Part shown: positions 18,892-34,914 of the stretch, piece by piece
Position numbering within the stretch: position 1 is the stretch's first letter
Layout of the letters: each line of letters starts with the position of its first letter
NCBI RefSeq assembly: GCF_009914755.1
Contig: NC_060947.1
Origin: the human T2T-CHM13v2.0 reference genome, Homo sapiens
Length of the DNA: 64,000 nt
Strand: one strand, 5' to 3'
Notes under the pieces: generated by a model
What the model was told of the DNA's origin: nothing
What the model saw: the letters and a program-made list of their open reading frames with translations, nothing else
Databases searched by the model: none
Translations under genes and position numbers: made by a program

Positions 18892-21344
18892 GTGAGCCAA
18901 CAGGGTTTCTAGTAAATGTGGGCTCTAGGTGGTACCATGTGTCTCTAGAAAACAAATAAATGGGAGATGGAGAGGATGAAGTAGGCAGAATTATTTGCCA
19001 TATGTGGATGTTGTTGAATGAATGAATAATATAATAGTAAAACAGAGCTGGGCTTCAATAATAAGAGAAAATTTCTTTTAAATATATTTAAATATATCCT
19101 AATTTTAAAAATAAGTTTATTATAGAACTCTGAAAAGCAGACAATTACAAAGTAAATAAGCATCATTTATAGATTGTCATATAAATTTTGATATACCTTT
19201 AAATATTTTTATGTGCTTATACAAGTCTATATATAGAGATATGTGATCATATGGTTTGTACAGTTTTGCATCCTACTATTCTCAGTTACCATTGTATTGT
19301 GTTTGTTTTTCTATGCCATTAAAATGCTACAAACATTTTAATGACTATAAAACACTTTATCTCAAGGATTTGTCGAAATTTATTTACTTTTTCCTCTATT
19401 GCTTGGACATGTAGGTTTTTTTCAGTATTTTTGAATATTGTAAGTCAGGTTGCAATGAATGAATGCATATATCCTAGCTTGCATTTTGGATTACTGTATC
19501 AGGAGAGAATCTTAGAAGTGAGAGTATTGTGTAATTGATTTTTTACTTTATCTAAGAATATTAATGCATGCTAATTCTAGCCAAACTATAAAAGAAAAAC
19601 TGAAAGCATAAAGAGCAAAGTTGCAGACAAATCTAGAATGAACATTCTATAAGGCAACTGGTCTAGTCTCTTCAAGAAGTCAATACCATCAATAAGGGGA
19701 TTAGAGACATAACAAATGAAATGTGCAAATTTTGATTGATTCTGCTTGTAAAAATAGCTTTAGGAGACATTTTGGAGATAATTGCAAAATTCTTGATATA
19801 GACTGGATATTAGATGTTATTAGGGAATTTTCTTAGGTGGAATAATGGCATTATAGCGACATAGGAGATGCGTGCTAATATCATGATGTTTGTATTCTAC
19901 TTCCAAGTGATTCAACAAAAGCAAACAAACAAAAACTGTATGTATGTGTGTGTAGATGTATATACACATAGAGTAGATAAATAAAGATGGCAAAATGTTA
20001 GCAATAGACTCTAGGTGATAGGTTGATCATTGCACTATTTTTTAAAGTTTTCTGTATATTTGAAAATTTGAAAAGTAAGAAATAATGAATGAATAAGGAA
20101 AGGTAGGTTAAAACCATCCTAAATTATAGCCCCTTGTTATAAGCTATACTAGAAATATCCTTCCATATGTTTCTTTGAATGTTTTTATAAACCTTTCTTC
20201 AGAATATATTTTTAAGTTGGGGAATTGCTATATCAGAGGCTATGTACATTAAAATTTTTGGTACCTACACCCAAATTACTCTCTGGAAAGATTTGCAGTC
20301 CTATCAGTTTAGAGTTCCATTAGCAGTACCTGAGGAGGACTCCTTTTCTTACAACCTCATCAGCACTGGGGAAATCTTTTTAATCTTGTCAAAATGACAG
20401 TCTTGTAGGCAAACGACAGCATCAACAAAACTCACTGTTGTTTTGATTTACATTTGTTTGATTATTTCATGTTGAACATTCAGTATTTATTGCATATATT
20501 ATTCTACTTGTGCATATGAACCTTTTAAAGAAATAGCTTTGTCTACATTTTGGTGTACTTTTTTTTTTTCAAATTTTGTCTATATTTTTTTTCAAGTGTT
20601 ATTCCCTTTTACATTTACACTCTTTATAGGTGAGTGAGTAGGGTAGGTGCCATCTAAACCACTTCTTACCATCATGCATTATTACAATTTGTAAAATCTT
20701 TGCTAAATTAATTTGTAAAAAAGTTATCTAGCTATTTTCAATTGTACTTCTTTGATTACTGATGGCATGAAAATTTGAAAAAGGTCTGTGCATTGCTTGA
20801 CCATGTCTTGTGTCCATTTTAGAAATTACAGCCTTAGTGTTTTATATATATATGTATATATATACATACATACATAACATATACACACCCACATGTACAT
20901 AATACATATTAAAAGAAAAAAATTAAGTAATCAGAGCTGTTCAAAGATGACATGGACTATAATGGCAGGTAGTGAGTCCCCCATCACTGGAGAGTTTTAA
21001 GCAGAAGTAGGGATGTAAGAGCAGATTAATGTATGTTTTCAAGTGAGAGATGTTCCAAATAAGTCTTAAAGTCCATTTTTAGTCCCAAAGTCCTATGATT
21101 TTGGAAAACTGAAACATAGGGAAGATTAAATTGCTGCATTTCATATAGCAAGTAATGGAAGAACGAGAAAATAAACTCATCTCTTGACTCCTTGACCAGA
21201 GTTCTCCTCATTATTCAATATTCCATGTTGCTGCTACTGCTGCTCCAAAATGCCTTTGTAGTTCATAATCTTTATTTCACTGTTTGGAGCTGATGATTCT
21301 CATTCTAGTCAATCTAAGTAATGAGTCCCATATTTTCACTACAG

Positions 21345-21556
21345 GCTCATCTTACCCTGGCTTGGTTGCCAAGCCCTTTGAGAAAGTAACATACCGCTGG
21401 ACAGTCCCCCCTCATGCCGGTCCCACTGCTCAGGATCCTGCTTGTCTCACTTGGATGTACTTCTCTGCTGCAGATCCCATAAGAGACACAAATTCTGGCC
21501 TGGTGGGCCCGCTGCTGGTGTGCAGGGCTGGTGCCTTGGGTGCAGATGGCAAGCAG
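21345..21556 (+). CDS. HEPH: Hephaestin coding exon F (212 nt, phase 1-0)
   Basis: tacag|GCTCA...GCAG|gtattg; encodes GSSYPGLVAKP...DTNSGLVGPLLVC...GKQ. Confidence 0.96.
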
Positions 21557-21954
21557 GTATTGTCAGGGTTATCTGGCTGGAAAGCCTGCTGGGAGAAGGA
21601 TGAAGCTGGGTTGCTGGATAGGAGTTAAGCATGGAACTGGGTTCTAAAGTTTAGGGAATAGAAGAAAAATAATCAAGCTGGTCCATCAGAAATTAATAGT
21701 TGGTGACCTCATACTATCTTGCATGTTATTTTTTGTACTGACAAATATATATCTTCCTTAGCCTTGCAGATAATTCATGATATCCTTTCATCATCTTCTT
21801 CTTTCCTCCCTCCTTCCCTCCCTCCCTCTCTCTCCCTTTCCCTCTCCCCCTCTCCCTTTCCCTCTCCCTCACCTCGGTGGCCCCTAAACCTTGCTCCTGA
21901 TCCATAAATCTGCTTTAATATTTGCTTGTCTTCTTTTGTATTCAGCCCACAATT

Positions 21955-22135
21955 TCTAGCTGTGTAACATTGGGTGAGCTACTTAACTTCTCTTTGACTC
22001 CGTTTCCTCATTTGTAAAAATGGGATAACGATGGAAGAAGACACCTTGGATTTCTGTGAAGATTAATTAAAATAACCCATATAAAGTGCCTAGCACAGTG
22101 TCTGGCACATATTAAGCACTCAGTAAATGTTAGTG
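21955..22135 (+). mobile_element. MIR SINE remnant
   Basis: TAGCTGTGTAACATTGGGTGAGCTACTTAAC...GTTTCCTCATTTGTAAAAATGGG...TAAGCACTCAGTAAATGTTAG. Confidence 0.75.
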
Positions 22136-22539
22136 GTAACAATAATTATCACTGATATTACTTATCTTTTATTTTCTAGTTTCCCCCCAAGACCCTCCCC
22201 TGCTTTTCTAGCCACCTCCCCTCATTCCTCTCCCCAGGTGATTACCATCTCTCTTCTTTTACACTCTATACCTCTTATTTCTTATCCTATGCTCCTTCCC
22301 TGCCCACTTTCATACAGTCTTCCCTGTCAGGCTTGTACTTTTATTGTGACATTCTTCTCTCATCTGCAATTTGAGGTTACCTAAGGAAAAACTGCTGCAG
22401 CTCTGGATAGGAGGTATGGTCTCAAAATGGGAAAAGGAAATGGGAAAGAATCTGGCATCCCTTGATCTGTAACGACACAGTCTACAACTGCTGAAACTAT
22501 TGTCATTATTCCCTCTACTTTCTTCTATTGGGCCTGCAG

Positions 22540-22690
22540 AAAGGGGTGGATAAAGAATTCTTTCTTCTCTTCACTGTGTTGGATGAGAACAAGAGCTGGT
22601 ACAGCAATGCCAATCAAGCAGCTGCTATGTTGGATTTCCGACTGCTTTCAGAGGATATTGAGGGCTTCCAAGACTCCAATCGGATGCATG
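22540..22690 (+). CDS. HEPH: Hephaestin coding exon G (151 nt, phase 0-1)
   Basis: tgcag|AAAGG...CATG|gtatgg; encodes KGVDKEFFLLFTVLDENKSW...DSNRMH. Confidence 0.97.
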
Positions 22691-23902
22691 GTATGGGGAG
22701 TACTTTTGCCCTGGGCTAAATTGAGGGTCCCAAGTAAAATCTAACTTTAACCGTAATCATGACCAATCCTGAAAACACTGATTTTATTGGTCATCTCTGT
22801 CCAAGAGGCGAGCTAGATTGAGAGGCTCAACCGAACACAACAGATCTTATACTTAGTACCTTTGGGTGCTGTGTCCTGTGTTACACAGTATGGGGGAAAC
22901 TGGAAGAAAGTACTGCAAAATGAGGGTGTGCACAAGAAATCTACAAGAGATTGTGAAGAATAAGCCAGATGATACCTTTCCAATCTTATCTCCCCTCTTC
23001 CTTATATTTTAGTACCTTGGGTCCCCCCCCCCCATACTCCAGCCAACTGGGGCTATTTTTCTTTGTGAACATGCTGATTTCATGCTTTTGCAGTGCTGTT
23101 CCCTTCACTTGAAATGCTCCATCTCTTGATTCCCATTACTAGTTAGTTTCATCATTTGGAAAAAGTAAAACCATCTCATGAGCAAAGTTCATTCCAGTTA
23201 GAATTTACTGAGCGCCTAATTGGTACTAGGTAATGTGCTAGGTGCTCAGGCAGTCACATAGATATAGAAAAAAAATGATATGCTTCCTGTTATGTCAATC
23301 CAGTGCAGGAAATAGATTTGTAAGTAAATCACCAGAAAGTATATCAGTTACAATCCATGGCAACTGATACTGCAGAATTTTGTGGGATAAAATTTTCATG
23401 GATCGAAGAGAGAGTAAAGTATAGCTGAACGAAGATACGACAGGTAAGTGGTAGGATGCCATAGAAAGAGACCATAAGGGAAGTTTATTCCAGAAAGAGG
23501 AAATCATGTGAAAAGTCAACAGGTATTATCAAAGCACCTACAATATTTAAAGCTTTGGTAATGCAGAGAAAAATAGAGCTCACAGGACAATGGTGTGTGT
23601 GTGTGTGTGTATGGAAGAGGATGGGAGGACAGACTGCAGGTAGGGGTACCAGAGAGGAGGCTATTTTAGTTCAGGCCAGGGAGGATGAGGGCCAGAACCA
23701 GGGCAGTAGCAGTGAAGATGAAGAGGAGGAAACAGGTTGAGAGCTGAAGATGGAATTTTCAGATCCCCAACACGTATGGGGGCGTGGAAAATGAGATCTA
23801 TATGGAAAAGGAACAATCAGAGTGGTTGTAAAAGGACCAGAAAGTATGTTGCCACAGAAACCAAGGAAGGAGAGTTTCAAGAAATAGGGAATAGGAGAGA
23901 TT

Positions 23903-23903
<1 letters not shown>

Positions 23904-23935
<32 letters not shown>
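23904..23935. repeat. (TG)n microsatellite, inside a degraded L2-like region (about 23190-24130)
   Basis: Directly visible; a shorter (TG)n array lies at about 23594-23610. Confidence 0.85.
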
Positions 23936-23938
<3 letters not shown>

Positions 23939-24201
23939 GTAGTGGAGAATAGTTCAATGTTGTCAGGATGTGGATCATGGTGGAGGTGAGGCCAGAAAGG
24001 ACAGTTGAGCACTCATCCCAAAGACAGAGATATTCACGAGTAGAGTTAAAGTGGCATAGAGAGGAAGGCAGAGGTGTTGAGGATGACTCAGCAGTTTCAA
24101 GTTGTGTGAAACCATAGTACATAGCTGATGCCATGCTCCTGGCCAGTGCTGGAGTAGTCTGGTCTCATCTCCCCACCTTGTCTTGTGTTTTTGTTTTCCA
24201 G

Positions 24202-24414
24202 CCATTAATGGGTTTCTGTTCTCTAACCTGCCCAGGCTGGACATGTGCAAGGGTGACACAGTGGCCTGGCACCTGCTCGGCCTGGGCACAGAGACTGATG
24301 TGCATGGAGTCATGTTCCAGGGCAACACTGTGCAGCTTCAGGGCATGAGGAAGGGTGCAGCTATGCTCTTTCCTCATACCTTTGTCATGGCCATCATGCA
24401 GCCTGACAACCTTG
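24202..24414 (+). CDS. HEPH: Hephaestin coding exon H (213 nt, phase 1-1)
   Basis: tccag|CCATT...CTTG|gtaagt; encodes AINGFLFSNLP...DVHGVMFQG...QPDNL. Confidence 0.97.
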
Positions 24415-26567
24415 GTAAGTGCCTTAGCGGCTGGCCCTAGAGGCTTTGTTGGGTATAGGGCCAGGAATGGGGTCGGGAAGAGGGAGGGATGGTGAAGAGA
24501 AAATAATAGGCATGTTAAGGGTTCTAGGAAGTTTTTAAAAACACTTGTCTTTTTCTTCTTCAATGTGCTCTCCATGTTCTGGTTACTTGGATTCCCTACT
24601 CAGCTGCAGGCAGAATAGTTAGTAGAAGGTGGAGGAAGCTCTTTTCTGGAACAACAGAAGGGAAGTTGGGATGTTGCTCAGCTTTAGTGAAGTTCTTATA
24701 TGGCAGGGAGTGGACTTGACAACACAGAGATTTTATAGGTACAGTACTTTTATTGGGAGGAAGGTCAATAAAATGCACTTATAAGTGCTATCAAATTGAT
24801 ATTCTGTGAGGCTTTCTACAGACTCATTTCTGATCTCTCCCTCTCTCTTTCTCTTTCTACCCATGATGCGCCCCACCCTCTGCCCCCTGCCACCCCGTGT
24901 GTGTGTTTGTGTGTGTGTGTGGTGATGTAACAATTTCAGCCTGGAAATCAGAACACAGGAGCCCTAGTTCAGGCTCTTTCATTAACTTGCTGCGTAACTT
25001 TGGTCTAATTACTTCCCTTCTCTCTAGCTAGATTTCCTGCCTTGATTCTTTCCTTTCTGCCTTCCTTCCTTCTGTCCTTTTGTCCTCCCTCCATCTCTCC
25101 TTCCCTCTATATCCTTTTTCTTCCTTTTATGAAGATATTTGACTATAATGTTTCTTCAGATTCTATGTATTTCTAGAATTTCATAATAGAGCAGTTATCT
25201 TTTCTTTAGTCCCTATGGTGTATTTTTTTTTCCAGCCATTAGATGGCAATAGTGTTTGTAAGAACAACCTGTCAGCTCCACGCAGTTCCTATTAAACTTT
25301 TGTTTTACTCCTGTAAATTTCATTCATATCTGGGGGGAAAAACATCCTTGAACAAGTGTCTTCAACGCTTTAATAATATTAACCTAGTCCTGAGTTTGAC
25401 AAACACTTGACATAAAGCTGGTCTCCTCAGAAATAGAAAGGACAATTTGGAGGCTATTGCAGTTTTCTCTGTGAGAGAAGCTTGTGGCTTGGACTCGGGA
25501 AGTGGCAGTTTAAACGAAAAAATAATTTTGAAGGAATTGCTGATAGGATTTACTGATGCAATAGATAACGGTGGTAAGGGAAATAGAAGAAGTAGATGTG
25601 GAAAGAAATGAGTAGACCCTTTCTTTCAACGTGTTTATAAACTAGTAGAAGGGATCATTTTAAAAGAGAGGGGCACTTAGCCCTTTAACATGTGGTTTAG
25701 ATATAAAGTGCATTAGAGGTGGAGAAGTGAAGAATGTAGAACTCTATTTGGGCCAAAATAGTCAGGGAGGGCTTTCTGGAAAAGAAACATGAATTGAGTC
25801 TTGGATAATGAGTGGACTCTCATAGATACTTGGGGGTGGGGTGGGCAGGTAAGTTCCAGAAAGAGGATAACAAAATGAATGAAGATTTCAAGGTAGGAAT
25901 GAATGAGATGTGTGAGAGAAACAGTCAGAGTTCCATGTAGTTGGAGTGCTAGTTGAGTTTGAGACAATGTGTGGGAGGTGGAACTGGATTGGTAGTTTGG
26001 TGCCAACTCATAGAAGGCTTTGAAAGCCAGGAAGAAGAGTTTGTAGTGATGGGATAAGCACTGAGCAGCAAAGTAAGGAAACAATGAGAGTAATGTTCTA
26101 AGAAATTTAGCTTCTTTTGATCGACATTGAGTTTGAGTATCCTTGAGTTAGAAATTTGGAGCTTAAGATCTGGTCCAGGCAACTTCACAACACAGACATT
26201 TAAGACTGTTACCTGCACATTCCATTGTAAAAAATGAGTGAAGGACCTTCTAAAGCTGTCTTAGGTAAGCATCCCTCTGCAATCAAGACATTCTCTTTCT
26301 TTTTACCTAACTATTGAAGTCTACTTTATTTCTTTGGTACTTGATAGGAGACAACTCATCAATGTTTTTCTTGGAATAAGAATTATTACAGCTATATTTA
26401 CTTATTTATAGCATCACTTAACTGAACATTGAATATGTTCTATACTAAGCACTGTTCACAAATTATTGTGTTTAATTGTAAAACAACCAAATAAAGTAAA
26501 ATAATCCTCATTTTACTGATGAGGGAACTGAAAAACACAGAGGTTTAGCAATTGCCACAAGGTTTTA

Positions 26568-26574
<7 letters not shown>

Positions 26575-26618
<44 letters not shown>
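26575..26618. repeat. Compound (TA)n(CA)n microsatellite
   Basis: Directly visible. Confidence 0.9.
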
Positions 26619-26619
<1 letters not shown>

Positions 26620-26673
26620 TAATATATTTTTATATATGTATATATATATGATTTATATATAATAAATGAAAGA

Positions 26674-26778
26674 TAGGGTTACCAACCATGGCAGTTTGCC
26701 TAGTACTGAGGGGTTTCTAGGAATATGGGACTTACAGTGCTAAAACTAGAAACACCCTGGAAGAAGTTGGTTATTCTA
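26674..26778. mobile_element. MER81-like hAT-Blackjack MITE remnant
   Basis: Imperfect TIRs TAGGGTTACCAAC / GTTGGTTATTCTA; internal ACTGAGGGGTTTC...CAGTGCTAAAAC matches the recalled MER81 consensus. Confidence 0.65.
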
Positions 26779-27025
26779 GCGGCAGAGTTTAGTTTTAATA
26801 AACCCAGTGTATGTAGCTTTGGAGCCGGAGCTCTTAACCTTTGAGCCCATTACTCTCAATAAACTTTAAATACTCTTTTATCTATGTGTAGTTAAGGCAA
26901 GAGCCTTATCTGAGACTATCTGAAACTAACTCTTTTCTGCAGTATGCCTAGGGAAAGGCAGGAAATCCCCCAGGCACTACCCAGGGATGTTCTGAGTCAG
27001 ATTTTTCTCTCTGATCCTCCCTCAG

Positions 27026-27239
27026 GGACATTTGAGATTTATTGCCAGGCAGGCAGCCATCGAGAAGCAGGGATGAGGGCAATCTATAATGTCTCCCAGT
27101 GTCCTGGCCACCAAGCCACCCCTCGCCAACGCTACCAAGCTGCAAGAATCTACTATATCATGGCAGAAGAAGTAGAGTGGGACTATTGCCCTGACCGGAG
27201 CTGGGAACGGGAATGGCACAACCAGTCTGAGAAGGACAG
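27026..27239 (+). CDS. HEPH: Hephaestin coding exon I (214 nt, phase 1-2)
   Basis: ctcag|GGACA...GACAG|gtaagg; encodes GTFEIYCQAGSHREAGM...YYIMAEEVEWDYCP...EKD. Confidence 0.97.
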
Positions 27240-27574
27240 GTAAGGCTTCATAAATGGAGAGATTACACTTTTAGAAAAACATTTTGCAAATGAGAATACT
27301 GAAATTCTGAGATGAGGAGACTCTTATCTCAGGTCTCCTAATGTGATACCAACAGATTTGGGAGATGGGGCTATAATGCAGCTCTTATGAATTCTAGCTC
27401 ACTGCTGCTTCCATATTGATATAGGGAGGGAATAAAGCTTGCCCACACCTTCACCCTCTTAATCTTTGTCTCTCTTCTTTCAGTTAGCTGGAAGTATTTA
27501 CCCTGGGACTTAAATTTTACAGGATTTACTCAAGGGATTGAATGTCTCAAGCTCAGCTGTCCCTTGACAAAATG

Positions 27575-28040
27575 GCATTGCATTTATTAAGGTACAGACT
27601 AAGCTATGTAGCAGAAAATGTCTAAAACAGAGTGATTTAAATATGATAGAATTTTATTTCTTATTCACATAATAATACAAATATGAGCAATTCAGGGCTG
27701 GCAGGTGAACCCTATCATCCTCAGCACTTGCTTTCCTTTCTGGGGCCAAGATGTCTGTTCCAGTTGTAGCTATTCCCGGCTATCATGAAGAAAGAAAGAA
27801 AGAAGTCCAGGGCAAGCAGCATTGTCTATAAGGACACAGCATGGAAATTGTATATATCACTTTTTCTTATACTCTGTTGTTCTGAACTAATTCTTATGGC
27901 CATAATTGGCTGCAAAAAGAGTCTAAAAGATGTAATCTCTAATTAGTCAGCCATGTGCTCAGCTAAAAGTTAGGTGATTCTATTACTAAAAAAGAAGGAG
28001 AGAACGGAAATGGAGATACAAATTAGCAGTCTCCACTACT
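27575..28040. mobile_element. Old MLT1-type MaLR LTR remnant (approximate)
   Basis: Resembles recalled MLT1 motifs (CTAAGCTATGTAGCAGAAAA..., ...GCAGTCTCCACTAC); highly diverged. Confidence 0.5.
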
Positions 28041-28574
28041 TTGTTTTTGGTGCTGTCACTACACTTTAGCAATTTTTACTCTTTGCGTTGTTCGTTGAAG
28101 GTTGAAGTCTTCCTGCTAAACATCTAAAAATTTTACTTTATTTTTAATTCTTGATTTTTGATGTTCAGATAGACATACAATTATGAAAACAAAAATCCAT
28201 GGAATGTATGCTAAGTTTTCTGTAAACAGAAGCAGATAACTGGGCTGGACATTTTTTTGAAGATTCCATCTATCACCTCTGTCTATATACATGCTAAAAG
28301 GAAAATATGTTACTAATTGATACTGACTTTGAAAACACTAATTTAAGCCACAATTGAATTATCAGCAACTACTGAGAATAAAATTTGACTTTATGTAGAA
28401 ATCAGTTATTTATTTAGTTCCTCTCACTTGTTTCTGATCAGAACCCAGTGAGATACTTCTAACAAGATCTTATAATTTAAAAAAAAGAAAAAGGAAAAGA
28501 GATATTTACATCAGTTTTTTAAAAATATAATATTAGTTGCTAGCATTCAGGTAGGGCCCAAGTGAGAATGGTTT

Positions 28575-29564
<990 letters not shown>

Positions 29565-30001
29565 TAGAAAACGAGGGAGGGAAGGAGCAGCAGACTTGAA
29601 TCTAAATCCTGGCTCACTTTCTGGCTAACAATGTCACTTGTAGAATAAGTCCTGTCATCTCTGTGCAATTGATTGCACCTCTGGCACCTACCTACCCCAT
29701 AGGCCTATTAGAAATATCAAATGATAAATCTGTTTGTAAACTAGACAGAATCCTATAAGGAGAAAATCTGTAAGATTTCATTCCCTCCCTATGTCTCACC
29801 ATCCTTTGCCCTCTGGTTGCAGCAGTAGTTAATACTTTCCTGCCACCTTGTATCTTGCCTTTTGTAAAACTAATTTCATCAAGACATCATTAGGGCTGGA
29901 GCTAAAGCCTGTGGCTTCTGATTCTTAGCCCAGTGCTCTTATAGTATGAATTATATACCAAATTTGTATTTGGATGATGGCAAACAAGGAAACCTGCCAT
30001 C

Positions 30002-30310
<309 letters not shown>

Positions 30311-30325
30311 TACCTGCCAACTTTA

Positions 30326-30779
<454 letters not shown>

Positions 30780-30838
30780 TCAAATGAAAATGAGGGGTTG
30801 ATGGCCAGGTGCTGATAGTACTCTTTGGATTCCTCTAG

Positions 30839-30978
30839 TTATGGTTACATTTTCCTGAGCAACAAGGATGGGCTCCTGGGTTCCAGATACAAGAAAGCTG
30901 TATTCAGGGAATACACTGATGGTACATTCAGGATCCCTCGGCCAAGGACTGGACCAGAAGAACACTTGGGAATCTTGG
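30839..30978 (+). CDS. HEPH: Hephaestin coding exon J (140 nt, phase 2-1)
   Basis: tctag|TTATG...TTGG|gtaagg; encodes SYGYIFLSNKDGLLGSRYKKAVFREYTDGTF...HLGIL. Not in the ORF track. Confidence 0.96.
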
Positions 30979-31758
30979 GTAAGGGAATTCTACTTCCCTC
31001 CTAGTGTTTAGCAGCCTGAACTCCACCTAGGGAAGCTATGTTATACCAGGATGGCCTCACTATTCCCCATTCTCAATGTTTTCATATGATATACTGGAAT
31101 TATGGAATATTTTATGAAACAACCATGACAATAAACAGTGAAGGGGGAGGAAGGAAATCATGAATTCATGAACCAGATTTTACTGGGTTTTCTATAGCTT
31201 CAAGGTATGAGTCTCTGAGGATGGTAAGTTGTAATAAATGCTAGGGGCAGAATAACTTAGGAACATCAAAATGTGAAAAAACTATATATATACACAAGGA
31301 ATCAGTTTTTTCATTGTACCGCTGTTTAATTATTGCTTTAGGTGGTTTCCCCCTTATTCTAGTTATGGTACAGAAGGGACCCACTGACTCCTAAAGAGAT
31401 CCTCTCAATTCTTTATTGTCTGCCAAACTTATCACTCTTTATCGTCAATGATTCCACAGCACCTTGATTCTTTAGACCCTTGGGCTGTTATAGATAGAGG
31501 GTAGGGGTGGGAAAAGTGGAGGTAATTGGAAGTATAATCTTGTCATTGAAGTACCTTCATCCTGTGGGTAGTAGTAACAGTTTAAGGACTTCTGAATCTT
31601 AAAATGGAGCCAGCCATGCCTTCTAGGTCTTAGAAGGATGTTTTGTCAGGGTAAACCACTAATTCTATGAAGTGCTCATATATGTCCCTTTCTTTAATGC
31701 TCCCTGTGCTCCTGCATTAATGAAACTTTATTTATTTAATTATTTTTGTTTACATTAG

Positions 31759-31890
31759 GTCCACTTATCAAAGGTGAAGTTGGTGATATCCTGACTGTGG
31801 TATTCAAGAATAATGCCAGCCGCCCCTACTCTGTGCATGCTCATGGAGTGCTAGAATCTACTACTGTCTGGCCACTGGCTGCTGAGCCTG
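31759..31890 (+). CDS. HEPH: Hephaestin coding exon K (132 nt, phase 1-1); the next exon lies beyond the window
   Basis: attag|GTCCA...CCTG|gtgagt; encodes [31 protein letters not shown]...AAEP. Confidence 0.97.
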
Positions 31891-31980
31891 GTGAGTGGGG
31901 ACACTTAGTGAAAGAACAAAGGACATGCATCACGTCTGCTTCAGGCTTCTGGATTTTTCCTTAAAAAATTAATGTACTTC

Positions 31981-32354
<374 letters not shown>

Positions 32355-32654
32355 CTAAGCCACAGCCTGAGTTTTTCTCTATCAAATACTCATTTTCTCA
32401 ATCCCCGAATAAGCTATGGCTTAGACTTGGCTAATATTCCTGTTTCAGATCTCTATATACCCTTGGATACAGTATGAGCTCCTAATCTTGACTAGAGAGT
32501 GATGTGACCTAGGCCACAAGCTGATCATTCAGCCCTTAGCCCAGTAAATAAAGTTCTTGTACCCTTCTTGCAGACTGAATTCTAACCCCAGTCACATACT
32601 AAGCTCCTAATACTAAATATAGAATAATCATAATCTTGTCAACATTCTCTTTTA

Positions 32655-34850
32655 TTAATTCATTCATTGAATAAACACTTACTGGAGGCCTACTGGGTGA
32701 CAAGAACAACTTTAGAATCTATCGATGCAGTAGTGAACACTTGCTCCTGTCTTGAAGAAACTTGAGCTGTTATGATAGAAACAGGTAAAACTGGTAACTA
32801 TAATCCAGTGTGTTAAGTGTTAATAGGAGTTTTTACAGTGTGATAGGCATGTGAAGAAAAGGGTATTTAATCTAATGTTTGAATAGTCAGGAATGGTTTT
32901 CCAGATTAGGTGATATCTCAGCTGAGACCTAAATCAGTAGTTTTCAAACCTTAGCATGTATCAGGATCACCTAGAGGCTTGCTAAAACACAGATCGCTGG
33001 AATCAACTTTGAAAGTCTCTGATTCAGTAGGTGTGTGATGGAGCTCAGGAATTTGCTCATTCAAATAAGTTCTCATGCTGCTAGTTCAGAAACTACACTT
33101 TGGAAACAGGTGACCTAAAGGATGAAAAAAGGGACATATGGGTGAAGGTAAAGTACAGTATGGAAGAAAAGCAGGGAAAAGGAAGTTCCAGATTTAAAGA
33201 ATGCAGTGTGCAAAGGCAAAGAGATTGAAGTTGGTGTAAAGGAAAAAGAATAGATTCTAAAAAGATCAATGAGGTAAAATAAGCAAGATATGGTGATTAA
33301 TTGGATTTTGAAGGTGAGAAAGATAAGTATTATTGAATGATATCGGTGTTTTTGGAGAAAGATTCTTAAATAATACCCAGTTTTTGATTTGGACAACCAG
33401 GAAAATAGTGATGCCATTCATCAAGATAGGGAACATAAGAGAAAGGTGACTTGAGATGGAGTGGGAGGATTGGAGTATTGGATGATGATGAGTTCCCTTT
33501 TGAATTTGTTGGATTTGGTATATTTGTAAGTTGATCAAATATAGGTATCTAGACATAAAGATAGACTTACAGATCTGGAGCCCAGGAGGAAAGTATGCTC
33601 TGAAGGAATAGATGTGGGAAGCATCAACATCTAGATAGTGGTTAAAAGCATAAGAGTGAACACAGTTACCCCAGAAGAGTATATTGAATGAGAAAGTAAA
33701 AATACTCAGATGAGACCCCGAGGAAGGCCAATTTTTAAGGGAGGTACCGATTGAAATGTGAGCCTGAGAAAAAGTTAGCAAAATAGGAGGAAAATCAAAA
33801 TGAGATTACAGATGTTAAGAAAGGTCATGTCAAGGATGAAGTAGTCAACAGCTTCAGCTGCTCCAAAGAGTTCAAATAAAATAAGAGCAGAAAATTTTCC
33901 ATTGCTTATAGCAATAGGGAAATGGCTGATGATTTTGATAAATTGGGGAAAGAAGCTATATTAGAATGTATTAGAGAGTAATCGGGAGATAAGAGATTGA
34001 AAACAGTGAGTATGGCTTAATTTTAAGACTTAGGCAGAACAATTTTAGGTAATGAGAAGGTCAGGGTTGTGCCCAAAGGCTAAAGTAAAGTGGAGGCAAA
34101 GGACACTACAGTTGAGGAGATCTAGGGACTAATAGGCTAGAGTGTTGGATAAATCATCCACATGCACCTTGAAGTCACTCAGAAAAATGGTGGGGATTGG
34201 GATGGAAAAGAGGATGGTGATCCAGGTACTAAAATAATCAATAAATGACCATTAAGAGAGAAGGGATACATTGGAAGTTGGGAAACCAGTTAGAAGGTTG
34301 TAGTGATCTACAAGTGATGATAATGGCTTAAACAAAGGTAATAGAAAATGAGAATGGAGACAACTAGATAAATTTGAGAGATGTTAAGGCAGAATAAATA
34401 GGATATTTTGATTGAATGGGTGTTGAGAAGATTAGGGAGATGGTGGAATCAAGGTTCATAACCAAGTTTTTGGATTAAGCACCTGGATGTTGGTACCACT
34501 CACAAAGAAAATAAATGCAGGAAGCAGGGGGCAGTTTTTTGTTTGTTTGTTTGTTTAGAGTGGGGAGATGTTGACTTTATTTTTGAAAATCTTAATATGA
34601 GATGCCATAAAACATCGAGGTGGAAATGAGAGAGCTGTACGGATAGAAGATTATCATCAGTTTGAGATATGGATCTGTAACTTGGAAGAGACACCTGGGA
34701 TAGCATAGGAATTTAACAGTCATAAGTAATTACAATGGATGATAGTTGAAATCATGATATGCATGTAATCACCCAGTGAGATAGTGTGTAAAGTGACAAT
34801 GGCATCAGCTGAGAATGAAACTTTGGAACATACTATTATTTAAGAGGAGG
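32655..34850 (-). mobile_element. Degraded L2 LINE fragments (approximate)
   Basis: TTCATTCATTGAATAAACACTTACTG (reverse-complemented L2 3' end) and purine-rich L2-like body. Confidence 0.6.
32935..33112. mobile_element. MER5A-like hAT-Charlie MITE
   Basis: CAGTAGTTTTCAAAC...CACTTTGGAAACAGGTG; 8-bp TSD ACCTAAAT/ACCTAAAG at 32927-32934 and 33113-33120. Confidence 0.8.
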
Positions 34851-34914
34851 TACTCTATCTTAAATAATGTATAGGTTTAAAGTAGTTCTAACTTAAATTA
34901 CAGTTCGATATTTT

